From Sphaerodactylus townsendi (Eukaryota): DNA of 64,000 bases. Below, one piece after another: positions 35,234 through 48,135 of the stretch. The position numbers and the translations under genes were made by a program. The stretch spans positions 76,756,001 to 76,820,000 of the forward strand of contig NC_059429.1 of NCBI RefSeq assembly GCF_021028975.2, written 5' to 3'. Every line of letters begins with the position of its first letter. Position 1 is the stretch's first letter. Under the pieces are notes generated by a model. The model was not told where the DNA came from. It searched no databases and saw only the letters and a list, made by a program, of their open reading frames with translations.

Positions 35234-35735
35234 TAGGGTTGCCAGTCTCCAAGTGGAAGTTATTTATTGACCTCTGAAGAAGGTTTAATGGGACTGAAAC
35301 ATTGTCAGGTATTTTGAGGATATATTTTGGGATATTTTGTTTATGACACTATCAATTGAGGTATTGTGGTTATTTGTGGAATATTTTGTGATACTTCATG
35401 TGTGTTTTTAGATATTGATGTATACTTTCTATTGAGCTTTTTATGTTTAGCTTTCTACTGATAAAGTTAAGCACAGTGCAATAAAATATATATTTAATTT
35501 TTTTTAATGGACATCTATCAGACTTCTCAGCCTCTTTGAGTTTCTAGCTTGGAGATCTCCCAGAACTAGGAGATCTCCGGACTAGGATCAGTCACCCTGG
35601 AGAAAATGTCTGCTTTGGAAGGTGCGCTCTTTGGCATTATACTCTGCTGAAATTCCTCTCCTCCCCAAACCCCACCTTTCCCCATCCCCACTCCCATATC
35701 TCTAGGGATTTCCTAGTCAACAGTTGGCAACCCTA
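35234..35735. mobile_element. TIR element remnant TAGGGTTGCCA...TGGCAACCCTA with an AT-rich internal insert
   Basis: Inverted termini at about 35234 and 35735; similar half-ends at about 12160 and 32515. Confidence 0.55.
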
Positions 35736-35969
35736 GCTGTAGTCAACATCCTGAACTCCTTTGGGCCTTTTGGGTGGGGCCATTCCAGTGGGGAGCATTT
35801 GAATGTTTGCTTTGTCTGGGCACCTATGGGCTATACTGTCTTGTTTAAGTACATAACTGCTGGTTTTTTCCCCTGGATTGGAGCATCTTAGGGAACTGAA
35901 ATTCCCATCATGGGTCCCTGCTTCATGCACTTTCATGCCAAGACAGGGGCTTAAATTGTGCATGAAGCA

Positions 35970-36613
35970 TATCTTGATTTCAGTAAGGCCTTTGACAAGG
36001 TCCCCCATGAAATTTTTGCGAGAAAGCTAGTAAACTGTGGGGTAGACAATGCTACTGTTGGATGGATTCATAATTGGTTGACTGAACAACCCAAAGGGTG
36101 CTCACCAATGGCTCATCTTCACCCTGAAGAGAAGTGACTAGTGGTGTGCCACAGGGTTTTGTCCTGGGTTGCTGTTCAATATTTTTTTGCTGTCCAGTGC
36201 TGGTCAATATTTTTTTATCAATGACTTGGATGATGGAATAGAGGGTGTGTTAATCAAATTTGCAGATGACACCAAATTAGGAGGGGCAGCTAATACCCCA
36301 GAGGACAGGGTCAGAATTCAAAATGACCTGGACAAATTAGAGAGCTGGCCCAAAACTAACAAAAATTTCAGCAGAGATAAATGTGAGATACTACACCTAG
36401 GCAGAAAAAATGAAATGCACAGATATAAAATGGGGGATACCTGGCTTGACAACAGTACATGTGAAAAAATCTGGGAACCTTAGTAGACCACAAACTGAAC
36501 ATGAGGCAGCCAAGAAAGCCAGTGCAATTCTGGATGCATCAATAGGAATATAGTGTCTAGGTTAAGGGATGTAATAGTACCACTCTATTCTGCATTGGTC
36601 AGACCTCACCTGG
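35970..36613 (+). mobile_element. Degenerate CR1 LINE RT fragment
   Basis: [51 protein letters not shown] with frameshifts; a detached (ATTCTRTG)n CR1 tail lies at about 37337-37355. Confidence 0.85.
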
Positions 36614-37330
36614 CCGGGTGGAGGCCAGCCGCATCATTGAGGGGCCAGGGATCACCAGCAAATTGGTCTTCTGAGCGCAGAGGTCAATTTGGGACATGCG
36701 GGGCAAGATGGTCCCAAAGGTACGGAGGTCCCAGGCTGCGCAAGGCCTTAAAGGTCAATACCAACACCTTGAAAATGATTTGGAATTCAACCGGTAGCCA
36801 GCGCAGACGACGCAGCACAGGTGAAATATGGTCTCTGGCGGCACCCCCTGTGAGCAAACGGGCCGCTGCATTCTGGACCAGTTTTAATTTTCGAATCAGA
36901 TGCAAGGGAAGGCCTGCATAGAGCGAGTTGCAATAGTCTAGCCTGGAGGTGACCGTTGCATGGATCACAGTAGCTAGGTCCGTTTGAGAGAGGAAGGGGG
37001 CCAGCCGCCGGGCTTGGCGAAGATGGAAAAACGCAACCCGGGTTACATAGGCCACCTGGGTCTCCATTGAAAGAGACGAATCCAGGTGGACCCCCAGGCT
37101 ATGAACGGAGGAGGCCGGTGCCAATGTAGCCCCCTCCCACACCAGTGGCTGGAAATCCCCAACCCCTCCTTCCCGTCCCAGCCAGAGGATCTCCGTCTTC
37201 GATGGATTCAGTTTTAACCTGCTCTGCTTCAACCAACCAGCAACCGCCTCCAAACAATGCTGGAGAGCCACAGGGGCAATGACTGTTCCCCTTTCCATCA
37301 ACAGAATGAGCTGAGTGTCATCAGTGTCAT
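36614..37330 (-). mobile_element. L2 LINE ORF2 fragment (RT C-terminal half)
   Basis: Open frame DDTQL...LKLNPSKTEILWL...LGVHLDSSLSM...SRLDYCNSLYAGLP...LVQNAAARLL...HISPVLRRLRWLPV, typical of L2. Confidence 0.9.
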
Positions 37331-37884
37331 TATAACTCTGTGATTCTATGATTCTGTCCTGAGAGGCTGCCAATGGCCAGGTATGATGGGGCTGCAAGGC
37401 ATTGCATTAGCACAACTCCCACTTACACTTATCTTGGAGATATACCAAAATAGCTGGTACTTCCCTGAATGCTTTCACACCACAAACACACGGACTGTGC
37501 TGTTTATTACTGTTCGTTATTACTGTAGCCTCCATCACATATGCCTTTTGTTTGGGCAGGGGGCTCTCCTTTTTTCACTAGAGGAAAAACTGTTTGGATC
37601 CAATACATTGCACCTTATTTACTACAAGTGTATTGGAAGCGTTGGCTAACTTTTTGTGCTCTGTCATTAGCAAACAATTATAACTGTACTGGAGATTGTA
37701 TTTATTACTCTGGTGTTGCCACGGTTGCTGTTATATTGTTGCTGTTGTTTTAATTATTCCATTAAAGGTTTATATATATATACTACAACTTATAGTAAAC
37801 ATGGGTGGAATGAATCATCAGGATCAAAGACGAGCAAAAAGAAGACAGAGTGTTCTGAAGTCAATTAGAACTCAGGCTATAAGT

Positions 37885-38030
37885 CCGTGGTGGCGAACCT
37901 TTGGCACTCCAGATGTTATGGACTACAATTCCCATCACCCCCTGCCAGCATGGCCAATTGGCCATGCTGGCAGGGGCTGATGGGAATTTTAGTCCATAAC
38001 ATCTGGAGTGCCAAAGGTTCGCCACCACGG
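37885..38030. mobile_element. Palindromic hAT-type MITE (146 bp)
   Basis: Near-perfect inverted repeat CCGTGGTGGCGAACCTTTGGCACTCCAGATGTTATGGACTA...; 8-bp TSD CTATAAGT/CTATAGGT (1 mismatch). Confidence 0.85.
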
Positions 38031-40129
38031 CTATAGGTCATTATTAGCCTACTTTACAAGCTGGGGGGGGGGGGGATCGGTGAAGCCCTTGACAGCTTGT
38101 TGTGACCAGTAAGTAAAGCAGTTTGAGGATAAGAGATAATTGGCAGATCTATGTAGGAAACAGAGAAGAAATTCTCTCTCTAATTATCCTTGATAGAGTA
38201 TGCTCTAAATTTGCCAGATAATTCATAGATATGCTATACAGAGATTTTCATCCTGAATATTCTACTTACTGGACATTGTGTATTGAAGCATATCTTTTAA
38301 AAGGACATCTGTTTACTGGCATCTCATGAAGCTTCAGTACATAAGCACAACTCTACGTGTTTCTGTCACTTTGAACAAGCAGCTGGGCTACCTCAGGGAA
38401 GACTCCAGGGAGTGCTAAGAAATTATGAATGACCTCCAGCTTATCTAGCTTTTCTGAGCCTCCTGTATGACTAGGGGCTTCATCCTTCCCTAAGAATTAA
38501 GAATCAGGAAACCCAAATCTTCATTTGAACTATGGAGAGAGAAGCAATATGCAGAGAAAGCTTTTATGGAAAACAAATCTTAAGTATTGATTAATTGTTT
38601 TCATTGAGTGAGTTTCTTGCTGAACACAACAACCTTGGTTTTGTTAATAGTTAACAGTTAAATTTTTTTCTAATAAATATTGTTTAATCTTTTAAGCAGA
38701 CCTGTCAATCTAATCAGCATAATAAAGGGGATTGTCAAATTGCTTGCATTGGGATTTGTTTGATCTTTTAACACTCAAATGGAGGCAACCTGGATTTAAA
38801 ATCTAATTGTAGCTAGAGCTAACTAAAGCTCATCTCTGACATTTTTTTAGTCTTTCAGTATATGAAATATATTAAGGAATTTCCATATCATGGTGTATCT
38901 GTATAAACCCTGGAAGAGGGAGAGTTGCGTTCGTGGGCAAAGTGTTGTTAACCTGAGCCATGATAGCAGAACTTCACAAAGCTAGGATTAGGGGCTTCAA
39001 GGCTATCAGGGCAGCTACTAAGCATGCTTGAATCCCCAGATTTCTCCATTAAGTTTTTGTTTTTCTAGAAGTGTCTCTTGGCTTTGACATTAATAGACTT
39101 CAAGTGATATGATAGGAAGAACATCTCACTGCATCCATAAGCTTCCTGAAGGGAACAAGCTTTTGAAGATTATAAGATTTTCAAAAAGACTAAATAGATT
39201 TGAATTTAAACACATGTAATTAACCCAACCTGATCAGGCAGATGTCAATCTGACTTAGGTCAGACAAGTAATCTGTTTGTAAAGCAAAGAACTGAAGTGT
39301 GTCACTAATTTTCCCAGCGTTTCCAAGAGAGCTCAGATCACACCCAGGCTTGAAGCCAGAAAAAATTATTGCGGGGGGGGGGGGGGGGGGGGGGAGGAGG
39401 ATGACTACTGTGGTGGTTAGCCTGTCATTATTTAACAGTTTTCTGTTAGAAACTCAAAATGAATTAAATGGTATAATACAATGATTCAAACAGCATGAGA
39501 GATCTAGTACAATAATGCACGTAGATTAGAAAAGTGCAAAAAAGTATCAGATGTGCTATGTCAGGCAATATAGAAAACAGAATTAGAGAAAATTAAAACA
39601 GTGCTGTAAGAACGTGATGGCACAAACATCAAACCAATAACATTTAGCATACACTGAAACATGGACTACAGTCCTGTTTTACATTAGCTTTACAAAAAAT
39701 CTTCTTCCAAACAACTGTTTTACAGTTTGCTGAATTTGAAAAAGTAAAAAAGCCTTTCTTCTACTTTCTGAAGCCTGAAACTGTAAATACAAACTTCTTT
39801 TTTCTACATTTTCTGCAAGGGAAACAAAAACTGTCGCTCAAAACAGAGCTTTCAAACCAAGAACTCTTGTCATTCCATTTGTAACTAAAACACTATTTTA
39901 TTTGTGTGTAAATAAGCCGAGGTTGTGATTTTCTGTACCGAGGTCTAGAGGACAACATGGCTCATGTCTCTAAAAATTCTCTGCTGCAGTTCTATGCTTG
40001 GAATTTAGCAGTTGTTGGATTCTAGTTATGAACCTGTCCATTTTCTTACAAGCTTAAGCTACTGAACTGATGCCAAATAAGACTGTCAATATGCAAGTCA
40101 CAACCTTTAAAAATTATTTATAAATGGCA

Positions 40130-40392
40130 CCCATAAGTAAAGTAGCGTAAGGCTTCTAATGGTGCCACCCAACAAAGGAATAAGATCAACAACTGCCCAG
40201 ACCCATTATCTTGTGGCTTCCATGTTCTGGAATAGCCATTCTGACAAAGTGCAGGAAGCTCACACACTTTTGTCATTTAAAACATAATGGTTCTAAAGGA
40301 CATAAAGGCAATAGGGCTATATTTGTAGTAACTGAGCCCTTCGGGGGAGGGCGGTTTATAAACCCAATGAATAAATAAATAAATAAATAAAA
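40130..40392 (+). mobile_element. Old L2 3' remnant ending in (TAAA)n
   Basis: TTCTGGAATAGCC..., then GAGCCCTTCGGGGGAGGGCGGTTTATAAA and a (AATA)n tail. Confidence 0.45.
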
Positions 40393-41173
40393 TATGATAG
40401 TGGAATGGTTCAGGAAGGAGATTTTATAAAAGGAACAGGACTATGGACTGTATCATTGCATGTTATATAACATCTGTTTGCTGGATGTACTATTCTGCTC
40501 TTACTGCATTGCTTTCTACTTTTTTGTAATACGCTTCTACATTGTTCGACACATCACGTGTAATGATTTTTTGCTCTTTTTCAAATTGCTGTAATCTTAG
40601 TCTTATTGCATTGTTTATTAGATGCCTTGTCTGGTTGGTTGGTTGAATTGAGTTACACTGTGTAATCCATTTTGAATCTCAGTGAGAAAGATGGATTATA
40701 AATAAAGGAAACAAAATGAATAAATAAAATGAGTAGGATCAGGCCGTGAGTGGAATTCTATTCTAAGGGAACACAGGTAGGGTCAAGGAAAAGTGCATGA
40801 CTCCTGAGCTGTGCATAAATAATGGATCCTTTCCCAGCAATGTTCCATCTTCAGAGCAAACACTACAGTTTCACCTTGTGAATAAGGTTCTTGTGGGGCA
40901 GCATATATTAGTAAAATAAGATCTGTGCTCACTTACCTCTGGGCATAAATTCCTTTTTATTTGTCTCCTGTCAAAATTAGCCTTGCTAATTCTTCTTTAG
41001 CCAGTTGCATAGAGAATTCACCCTTAGAAAATTTATGACCGGATTCACACCTCTTTACCTCAACTCTTTCTTTTTTTACCAAAAGAATTTATACTTAAAA
41101 GACACACAGCAGATTTCACACCAGCCTTTAGTGTTGATTGGAAGGGCATGACAAATTATTCGTGGACCTGGGC

Positions 41174-43101
41174 CAGTGGCATTCCTGCCTAGGGACAGGG
41201 GGTACCCTATGTCCCCGGGCGCCCCCATTTGGTCACATGGGGGGGCGCCAACATTTCAGGGTCGTTTGTGTGATTCTTAATGTTTTAAGTGTTTTTTCAC
41301 GTTCCGGCCTGCAGGGGGCGCATTTTTAAGGCTAGCGGCACCAAAGTTTCAGGGTACCATCCAGGGACTGCCCTGATGATACCACCCAAATTTGGTTATG
41401 TTTGGTTCAGGGGCAGCAAAGTTATGGACCCCCAAATGGAATGCCCCCATCCCCATTGTTTTCAATGGGAGCTAACCTATGAGATGGGGGCTACCATTTG
41501 AGGACCATAACTTTAGTCCCCTGAACATAACTTCCTGAAACAGGTGGCATCATAGAATAGTTAACAGATGATACCCTGAAATTTTGGTGTCACTAGCACA
41601 CAAAAGAAATGCATCCCTCCAGAGCACCCAAAAGAATTGCCCAAAGATTCTTTGTTTTGCAGTGACTTTGCTCCATTGTAGCTAATGAGGAATTTCTGAG
41701 GCTGCACATTTTTTGAGAATAGAGGTGCCAGACTTTCAAAGGTGGCTCCAAGAGGCATGAGTAATAGCATCCAAAGCTTGGTGAGCTTTTCTTTTGGAGT
41801 CTGGGGGGGGGTGTTGAGAGAGTTCTGAGAGAACTCTAGCCCACAGGCTTTCATATGCAGGAGCAGGGGAAACAAGAAAATAAAGCCTTTTGAGGGGGCC
41901 CATAAAATTGAACCCCCAGAAGCAAAGGTTTCCCAAACATGGATGCTATTACCAGGAGGCCCTCTATAGACCCACCCTGAAAGTCTGGTGCCTCTATCTT
42001 CAAAATGTGCAGCCTGCCTACACACTCAAGAAATTCCCCATTGGCTACAATGGAGCAAAGTCACACCAAAACAAAAGATCTTGGGCAAATTTCTTGGGGT
42101 GCCTGGAAGGGATGCATTTTTAAAGCTAGTGACACCAAAGAATTTCAGGGATTATCATCTGTTAACTATTCTTATGATGCCACCAAGATTTGGTGAAGTT
42201 ATGTTCAGGGGACCAAAGTTATGGTCCCTCAAATGGAGTAACCCCATCTTTCAGGTTAGCAGCTCCATTGAAAACAATGGGGATGGGGGCATTCCATTTG
42301 AGGGGTCCGCAGTCACGCTTTACTGAACCAAACATAACCAAACTTGGGTGGTATCATCAGGACAGTCCCTGGATGATGCCCTGAAATCATGGTGCCGCTA
42401 GCTTTAAAAATGCACTCCCTGCAGGCCAAAAAACCACCAAAAGTACCCTCCAAAACCCCAAATACCTTGCATTCGCATTTGTTCATATTTGGGCAGGACA
42501 TAATCAGACAATTTTTGTCTGAATGTGCCCAAATTTGCCCAGATTCCAGTCGAATCTGCTATTTGTTTTATCTGAATCCTCAAAAGTGATGCTGTTTCAG
42601 GGTGGGGGAGAATCCACCCCCAAACAGCATCACTTTCAATTTTGTTTTAACCGGGGACCCCAGATTCTCCCTTTAAGGTAGATTTAAAAGAAGAATTTGA
42701 GCTCCCTAGTTTAAACACCATTGAAAGTGATGCTGTTTGGGGGTGGATTCCACTGGAGGTGTTTTGTGAGAGATGATGCTGACATTTGTTTGGTAAATGT
42801 TTTGCTGGGGGTGATTTGTGAGAGATTTACATGATTAATACCCACTTGCACTGGCTTGGAGTTGTTTCTCAGGCTAACAACCTACCTCATAGGGTTGTTG
42901 TGATTAGGAAATTAGGAAAAGAGTTGGTGGGAAGAGAGCCATGTATGTTTTGCTGGGAGTGGGAGGTGTTTTGTGAGCTGGTACAAAAAAATCATTGTTT
43001 GGTCATGATGGGGGAGGGTGGCCGCCCATACGCGGGGGGGGGGGGGGGGGGCCAAACTCAGGTTTTGTCCCCGGGCACCAGTTTGCCTAGGTACACCCCT
43101 G
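41174..43101 (+). mobile_element. Non-autonomous hAT transposon (1.9 kb) with nested internal inverted repeats
   Basis: 8-bp TSD ACCTGGGC (41166-41173 and 43102-43109); same termini as 22568-23731; internal fold-back modules over about 41300-42430. Confidence 0.88.
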
Positions 43102-46100
43102 ACCTGGGCCCTTTTTGCACAACAGATCTGGGTCATTCAGATAGTATCTAGCCCTGCTATCTTCTCCTCACCCTTATTATTTGCCATCCATAATCTCCTT
43201 GTTCTAAAATCCTTTTCCCTAAATTTCACAATAATATGACGTGCTGTTTAGATCCATCCACATGTTTTCACAGCAGGGATGGAAGATTGAGAGGAACATC
43301 TATCTTTGCTGGGTGGATGGAATCTTAGTTGAGCTTTTGTTTTCCTTTCCTGTTTCTGGTATATAAAATCTGGGTATAGCTAAAGGTGCAGGCTAAAATG
43401 CACACCCATCAGGGAGAAAAGTGTGGTAGAATATCTAAATAAATAAATATGTTCATCTAAAATGTGGGGCTGGGTGGTAGGTTTACTAACCTGAGTCCAC
43501 CAGAGACTGTGCATGAAGAACTATTCAAAGCTGTTAATTTTATTTAAAAATGTTCAGTCCATAAATCCATTTGTGTAGATAAATAGGCAAGAATAAATGC
43601 CAGACAGTCACTACAGCAGCACATCTTTATTCAGATATTGCCTGCAATAACTTCAGCTGTTAGCCAAATGTAAAACGTATTTAGTTTTGATCCCAGTCAA
43701 TAAAAGCTGAACATAAAAATAATCTACTCAAGACACGTATCTGGAGAGGTGACATATACATTTTCTAAATACATGATTGTTCTACATAAAATAATTCTTG
43801 CTTTTCCCCAGCATTTTTGAAAGACAAATGTCTATGAGCCAAGAAGCACAACTGTATTCCCAAAGACATGCAGTTCATCATGTTTGCAAATCAAAACATA
43901 ATTTGGGGAAGGAGGAGTCAAACTCTGAGCTGCAAATACTTGTCCATCATCACCATCACCAGAACTAAAAGTGCAAAGGCTCTCCATAGTAACTGCTACT
44001 CAGCTATGTAAGTGGAGTACCATTCAGGAGTATGCATAAATGAAAAAAAAATCACCTTCAAGATAAATTCTGGAGTGGAAGCTATATTAGCCTGTTGCAA
44101 AAAGAAAACGAAAGAGTCTTATGTCAGCTTAATTCCATGTTAGAAGACGGGTCACATTTATTGTGGCATAAACTTTCATAGATTAGGGTCTACTTTATCA
44201 GATGCCGTATTTGTATCCTCATTTGGCAGATACAGGCTGCATATACTTGGTGATGATTCTCTGAGTGGCTCTCATTCCCACTGAAATGTAGGGGCATTTG
44301 CAGGAGCAACCAGGCATCCACACAGCAGTTTTCTACGTACTTTGCCTCAGCTTCTCATGATCACCATTCTTACCCATCCCAGTGGAAGAATTTGAGTAAT
44401 TGCCATAGAGTTGGCTATAGTGATGCAATAATTACAATGGCTTGTTTTTTCATGTTGTGGTGCTTTTAGTTGCAAGATACCTTGAACATTATCTAAGAGG
44501 CAGCATAGAAATAGCTTAAACAAACAAACAATCTATTTTTAAAAGCAATTGTTTCTTATATAAGCATTTTAGAAATGAGCTAGGCTATTTCCACAAAGAT
44601 GTTTTTCTCCATCTTGACTTCCTTATTTTACTGGTTTTCTCAGACATGTACACATGACTATGCCTCTTGATATGTTTCCATGCTTTCCCTTGCTTTGCTG
44701 TAATCTTTCCCAGACCTGGTTTGGTTTGATATTTTTGCTGTTTTGACTCTGTGTGGATGGGAAAGTGAGCATTTTTGCAGAGCCCTTCCACTTTGCTGCC
44801 AGTTGTTGGCAGAATGCTAGTTACATAGAAAAGTGGCACACACACTGATTAAAGTTAAATGTTTTAAGAGACTACATTACAGATAGGAAAGCTGAGAGAT
44901 AGGAATAGCCTTCAGCTACCTTGCTAGCTTGGAAAGGAGGAAAAAGAGACTTCCAAAAAGGAGGAAATTAGACCTGAGATTCAGCGGGCGGGCGGGCGGC
45001 ATAGAGCCCCAGGTCCACTTGCAGACGACACGTGGAGGACACATGTAGCTGCTCCTTCCTTCTTTCTTGTTTCCCAATATTTTACTTATGGCATGAAAAT
45101 TGACTCAGAATTAAGGCGTAGGAAACACATACAAGCTGGCTCAGTTTAAAATTGGATGTTTAATGTTCGCCCACATAAAAACTCTCCACAAACAGAACAT
45201 TAACACAACAGGGAGAAATGCTCCAAACTAAGGCTTCTACCTGCTGTGTTGTTTTATTTTCAGACATTTTTTTAAAAATAGGACAGCATTTGAAATTCCA
45301 TCCCCTATCTGCAGTCTGAAATGGAGCTCATTCTACCACTTGGTTGCTTATGTAATCTAGGCCCAATTGCCCCCCTCCAGTGACATTCCAAACAGAGGTA
45401 TACCCTTCTCAGTTTATTCACTTCAATGGACTTAGAATGGGATAACTCTGCTTAGGACTGCATTTTGCAGGTTGGGATCTTTCCTTCCTAACCCCCCCCC
45501 CCCCCCCCGAATCACAGATGCTTAGGTTAGGGCCCAAGCATAGAAGGGACGATGGTTCACAAAGGGGCCTGGCAATCTGCAAGCCCATTTCTTAATAATA
45601 TCAATGTATTTATCTGATTATGGAACTAAACTATTTTTTCCTTTTCGGGAGGTTCTAGGTATGGGATGTGATTTGAGGATCAGGAATGGTCATATTAGCA
45701 TTTTGTACTAGGCCTGTAGAAATGTTGCTTGGGTCCTTCTTGGGATGTGCCTCATTGGATCAAACTATAATTGGCACATCTTTTTTTCACTGGCTCAGAA
45801 AAAGGCCCTGAGCTCACCTGAAGTTATTTCTCTTTCTGACAGGCCCTGTTCTCCCAAGCAGAGCGTTCCTGAGCAGCCCTGATAGATGCAGCACCCATCT
45901 GCCAGCTCTCGATAAAGAGCTCACAGAATGACTTGCTAATGGGAAAGAGGATAAATGGGCCTGAATTGAGGCTCCATTTCAGACAAAATGCTTGATATTA
46001 ATCTTGTCAGCAAGGATAAGAAGGGAGGCAGGTTAGCTGAGTGCATTGCTGGCAGAAAGTCAGGCTGTGGTGTTTTGCATCACTGCTTGCCCAACCAGGA

Positions 46101-47394
46101 GCTGGGTCTGCACTGGAAGCCGGATTCGTTGCCCACTGGAATTATCATGATGATGAAGCACCAGTTAAAATGTAGGTGCCTACTGCTTATCATTCAACAA
46201 TCATTTCACAGCTGGATTCTCAGGTTCTATGACTCACCAAGACCCACTGTTTAAAGACACTGCTTCTTGTGTGTGGGGTGTGTGCGGGGGGGGGGGGGGG
46301 GGTTAACCTCCTTTTAAAAGCTTTTTCTCTCCCCTGAATGTCGGTTGCAGCAAGATTTCTTGTACGGATATATTTCCACGAGCCCCACTTTCAATTTCCA
46401 TTCTCCCTATACCAAGAGACACCACTTTAAGAGCAACTTTAATTTTCTTCACCACCAGAGCATGGAAGATTTGCCAGTGAGCACAGCTTTGCCCCAGATA
46501 TCTTTCCTCTACCCACCATCAGCCCCTCCCCCTCCCATGCACATCTGTCCCCTTTCCTCTTTTCAAATGTGTTATTAGTTCTATTTTTGTTATTTTATTA
46601 TATTGTATATTGATATAAACAGAGAATCACCATTGTCTTTTACTGCATTTGAAAAATTCCAAATGGCTGATCAGCCATTTCCCTCACGCTCTCCCTTTCA
46701 GAGCCTTTGCAATTAACAACAGGCTGGGAGTGGGGATGTCTATAGGATAAATTATGAATGGTGAGCTACCCATTTAATTGCAAGCCTCTCTCTCCTCCTG
46801 TGGCAGCAGCAGAAGAAACTATATTTGTATATGTGTGTGTGTGTGCATGCAGAGGGAGGGAGGGAGGGAGAGATATCACTTCTAAGACATGGTTCCCTTC
46901 TTCAGCAGAGTATAGTCCTAGGAATTTCTTTGCCTGTTTCTTGGGAGGGGGATATTTTTTTGGAAAAGGGTTGCAATACTGACATAATTGCAATCACAGG
47001 TATATTGATATAACTGAGATTTAAAGGACTTTAACAAAGCTCTTTATCTTACAACTACTGGGTGTGATGAGATCTATGCCTTTAAGAGAGAGTTGATGGG
47101 TAGAGTTAAGAGAACCAGGAAAAGCAGAAGCCTGTTGAGACTTCAGGAAGCAAATTGAGAAACAGATAGTGAATGCCTCCTTGTGTGTGAACAACTCCAT
47201 CTCCAGGCGCAATCCCCACCCCTGCGCCCCCCTGCAATCAGATGTGTGGCTTGGGGTGTGTGGCCCCAGCCTCCATGCAGGCCGGCTTTTGTGGGGAGCA
47301 GGGTTTGGGGCACGGGGGGGTGGGTGGGTGGGTGCGGGGTGCCCATAGAAGGAGTTGTCTCCAGGTGCCATCCCCCCCCCCCCATGCCTCTGGG

Positions 47395-47870
47395 TCTTGG
47401 AGTGTATCAACAGAAGCATACCATCCAAACTGTAAGTGCCACAGTCCCACTGTATAATACATGTCATGCCACACCTGGAGTATTGTATGCAGTCCTGGAT
47501 GCCTCACTTCAAAAAGGGTGTGGATAGAATGGAATGGGTGCAGAGGAGAGGAACAAGGATGATCAGGACTCTGGATACAGAGGAAAGGCTGAGGGACTTG
47601 GGAATGTTCAGTTTGAAGAAGAGGAGTTTGAGGAGGCACATGACTGCTCTCTTTAAGTACTGAAAAAGCTTGAAGGCTTAGAGGCTGTCACTTAATGGAG
47701 GGCAGCAAGCTGTTCCTTTTGGTATGAGAGAATATGACTCACAATAATGTGTTTACAGACATAATATAGCGGCTGGATACTGGGATTTTGTTGTTGTTGG
47801 CAGTAAGAGTAGTTCAGCAGGGGAACTGGCTGCTTAGAGAGGTGGTCTTCAAGCAGTGGCAGGACAAACA
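47395..47870 (+). mobile_element. Degenerate CR1 3' fragment
   Basis: PHLEYCMQSWMPHFKKGVDRMEWVQRRGTRMI...LRDLGMFSLKKRSLR. Confidence 0.8.
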
Positions 47871-47872
47871 CT

Positions 47873-48135
47873 CATCATCATCATCAGAGTTGGATTTATA
47901 TCCCCCCTTTCTCTCCTATAGGAGACTCAAAGGGGCTTACAAACTCCTTTCCCTTCCCCCCTCGCAACAAACACTCTGTGAGGTGGGTGGGGCTGAGAGA
48001 GCTCTGAAGAGCTGTGACTAGCCCAAGGTCACCCAGCTGGCATGTGTTGGAGTGTACAGGCTAATCTGAATTCCTCAGATAAGCCTCCACAGCTCAAGCA
48101 GCAGAGCGGGGAATCAAATCCGGTTCCTCCAAATA
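47873..48135 (-). mobile_element. tRNA-derived SINE (Squam3-like)
   Basis: Close match to 3190-3440, with a (CAT)n tail instead of (AAG)n on the plus strand. Confidence 0.75.

Noticed and set aside
34884-35277. Cluster of short ORFs on both strands as a possible coding exon
   Set aside because: No recognisable homology and no consistent exon chain could be built.
35212-35278. ATGATGA...CTGA snoRNA-like pattern
   Set aside because: It straddles the terminus of a TIR element, is not in a known intron, and has no terminal stem or recognisable guide.
39373-39394. Poly-G/C tracts (also at about 19287, 34256, 43024, 45492 and 46286) as functional G-quadruplexes near a G4 helicase gene
   Set aside because: Homopolymers are scattered throughout, often inside MITEs, and their length is error-prone; no specific link to PIF1 can be supported.
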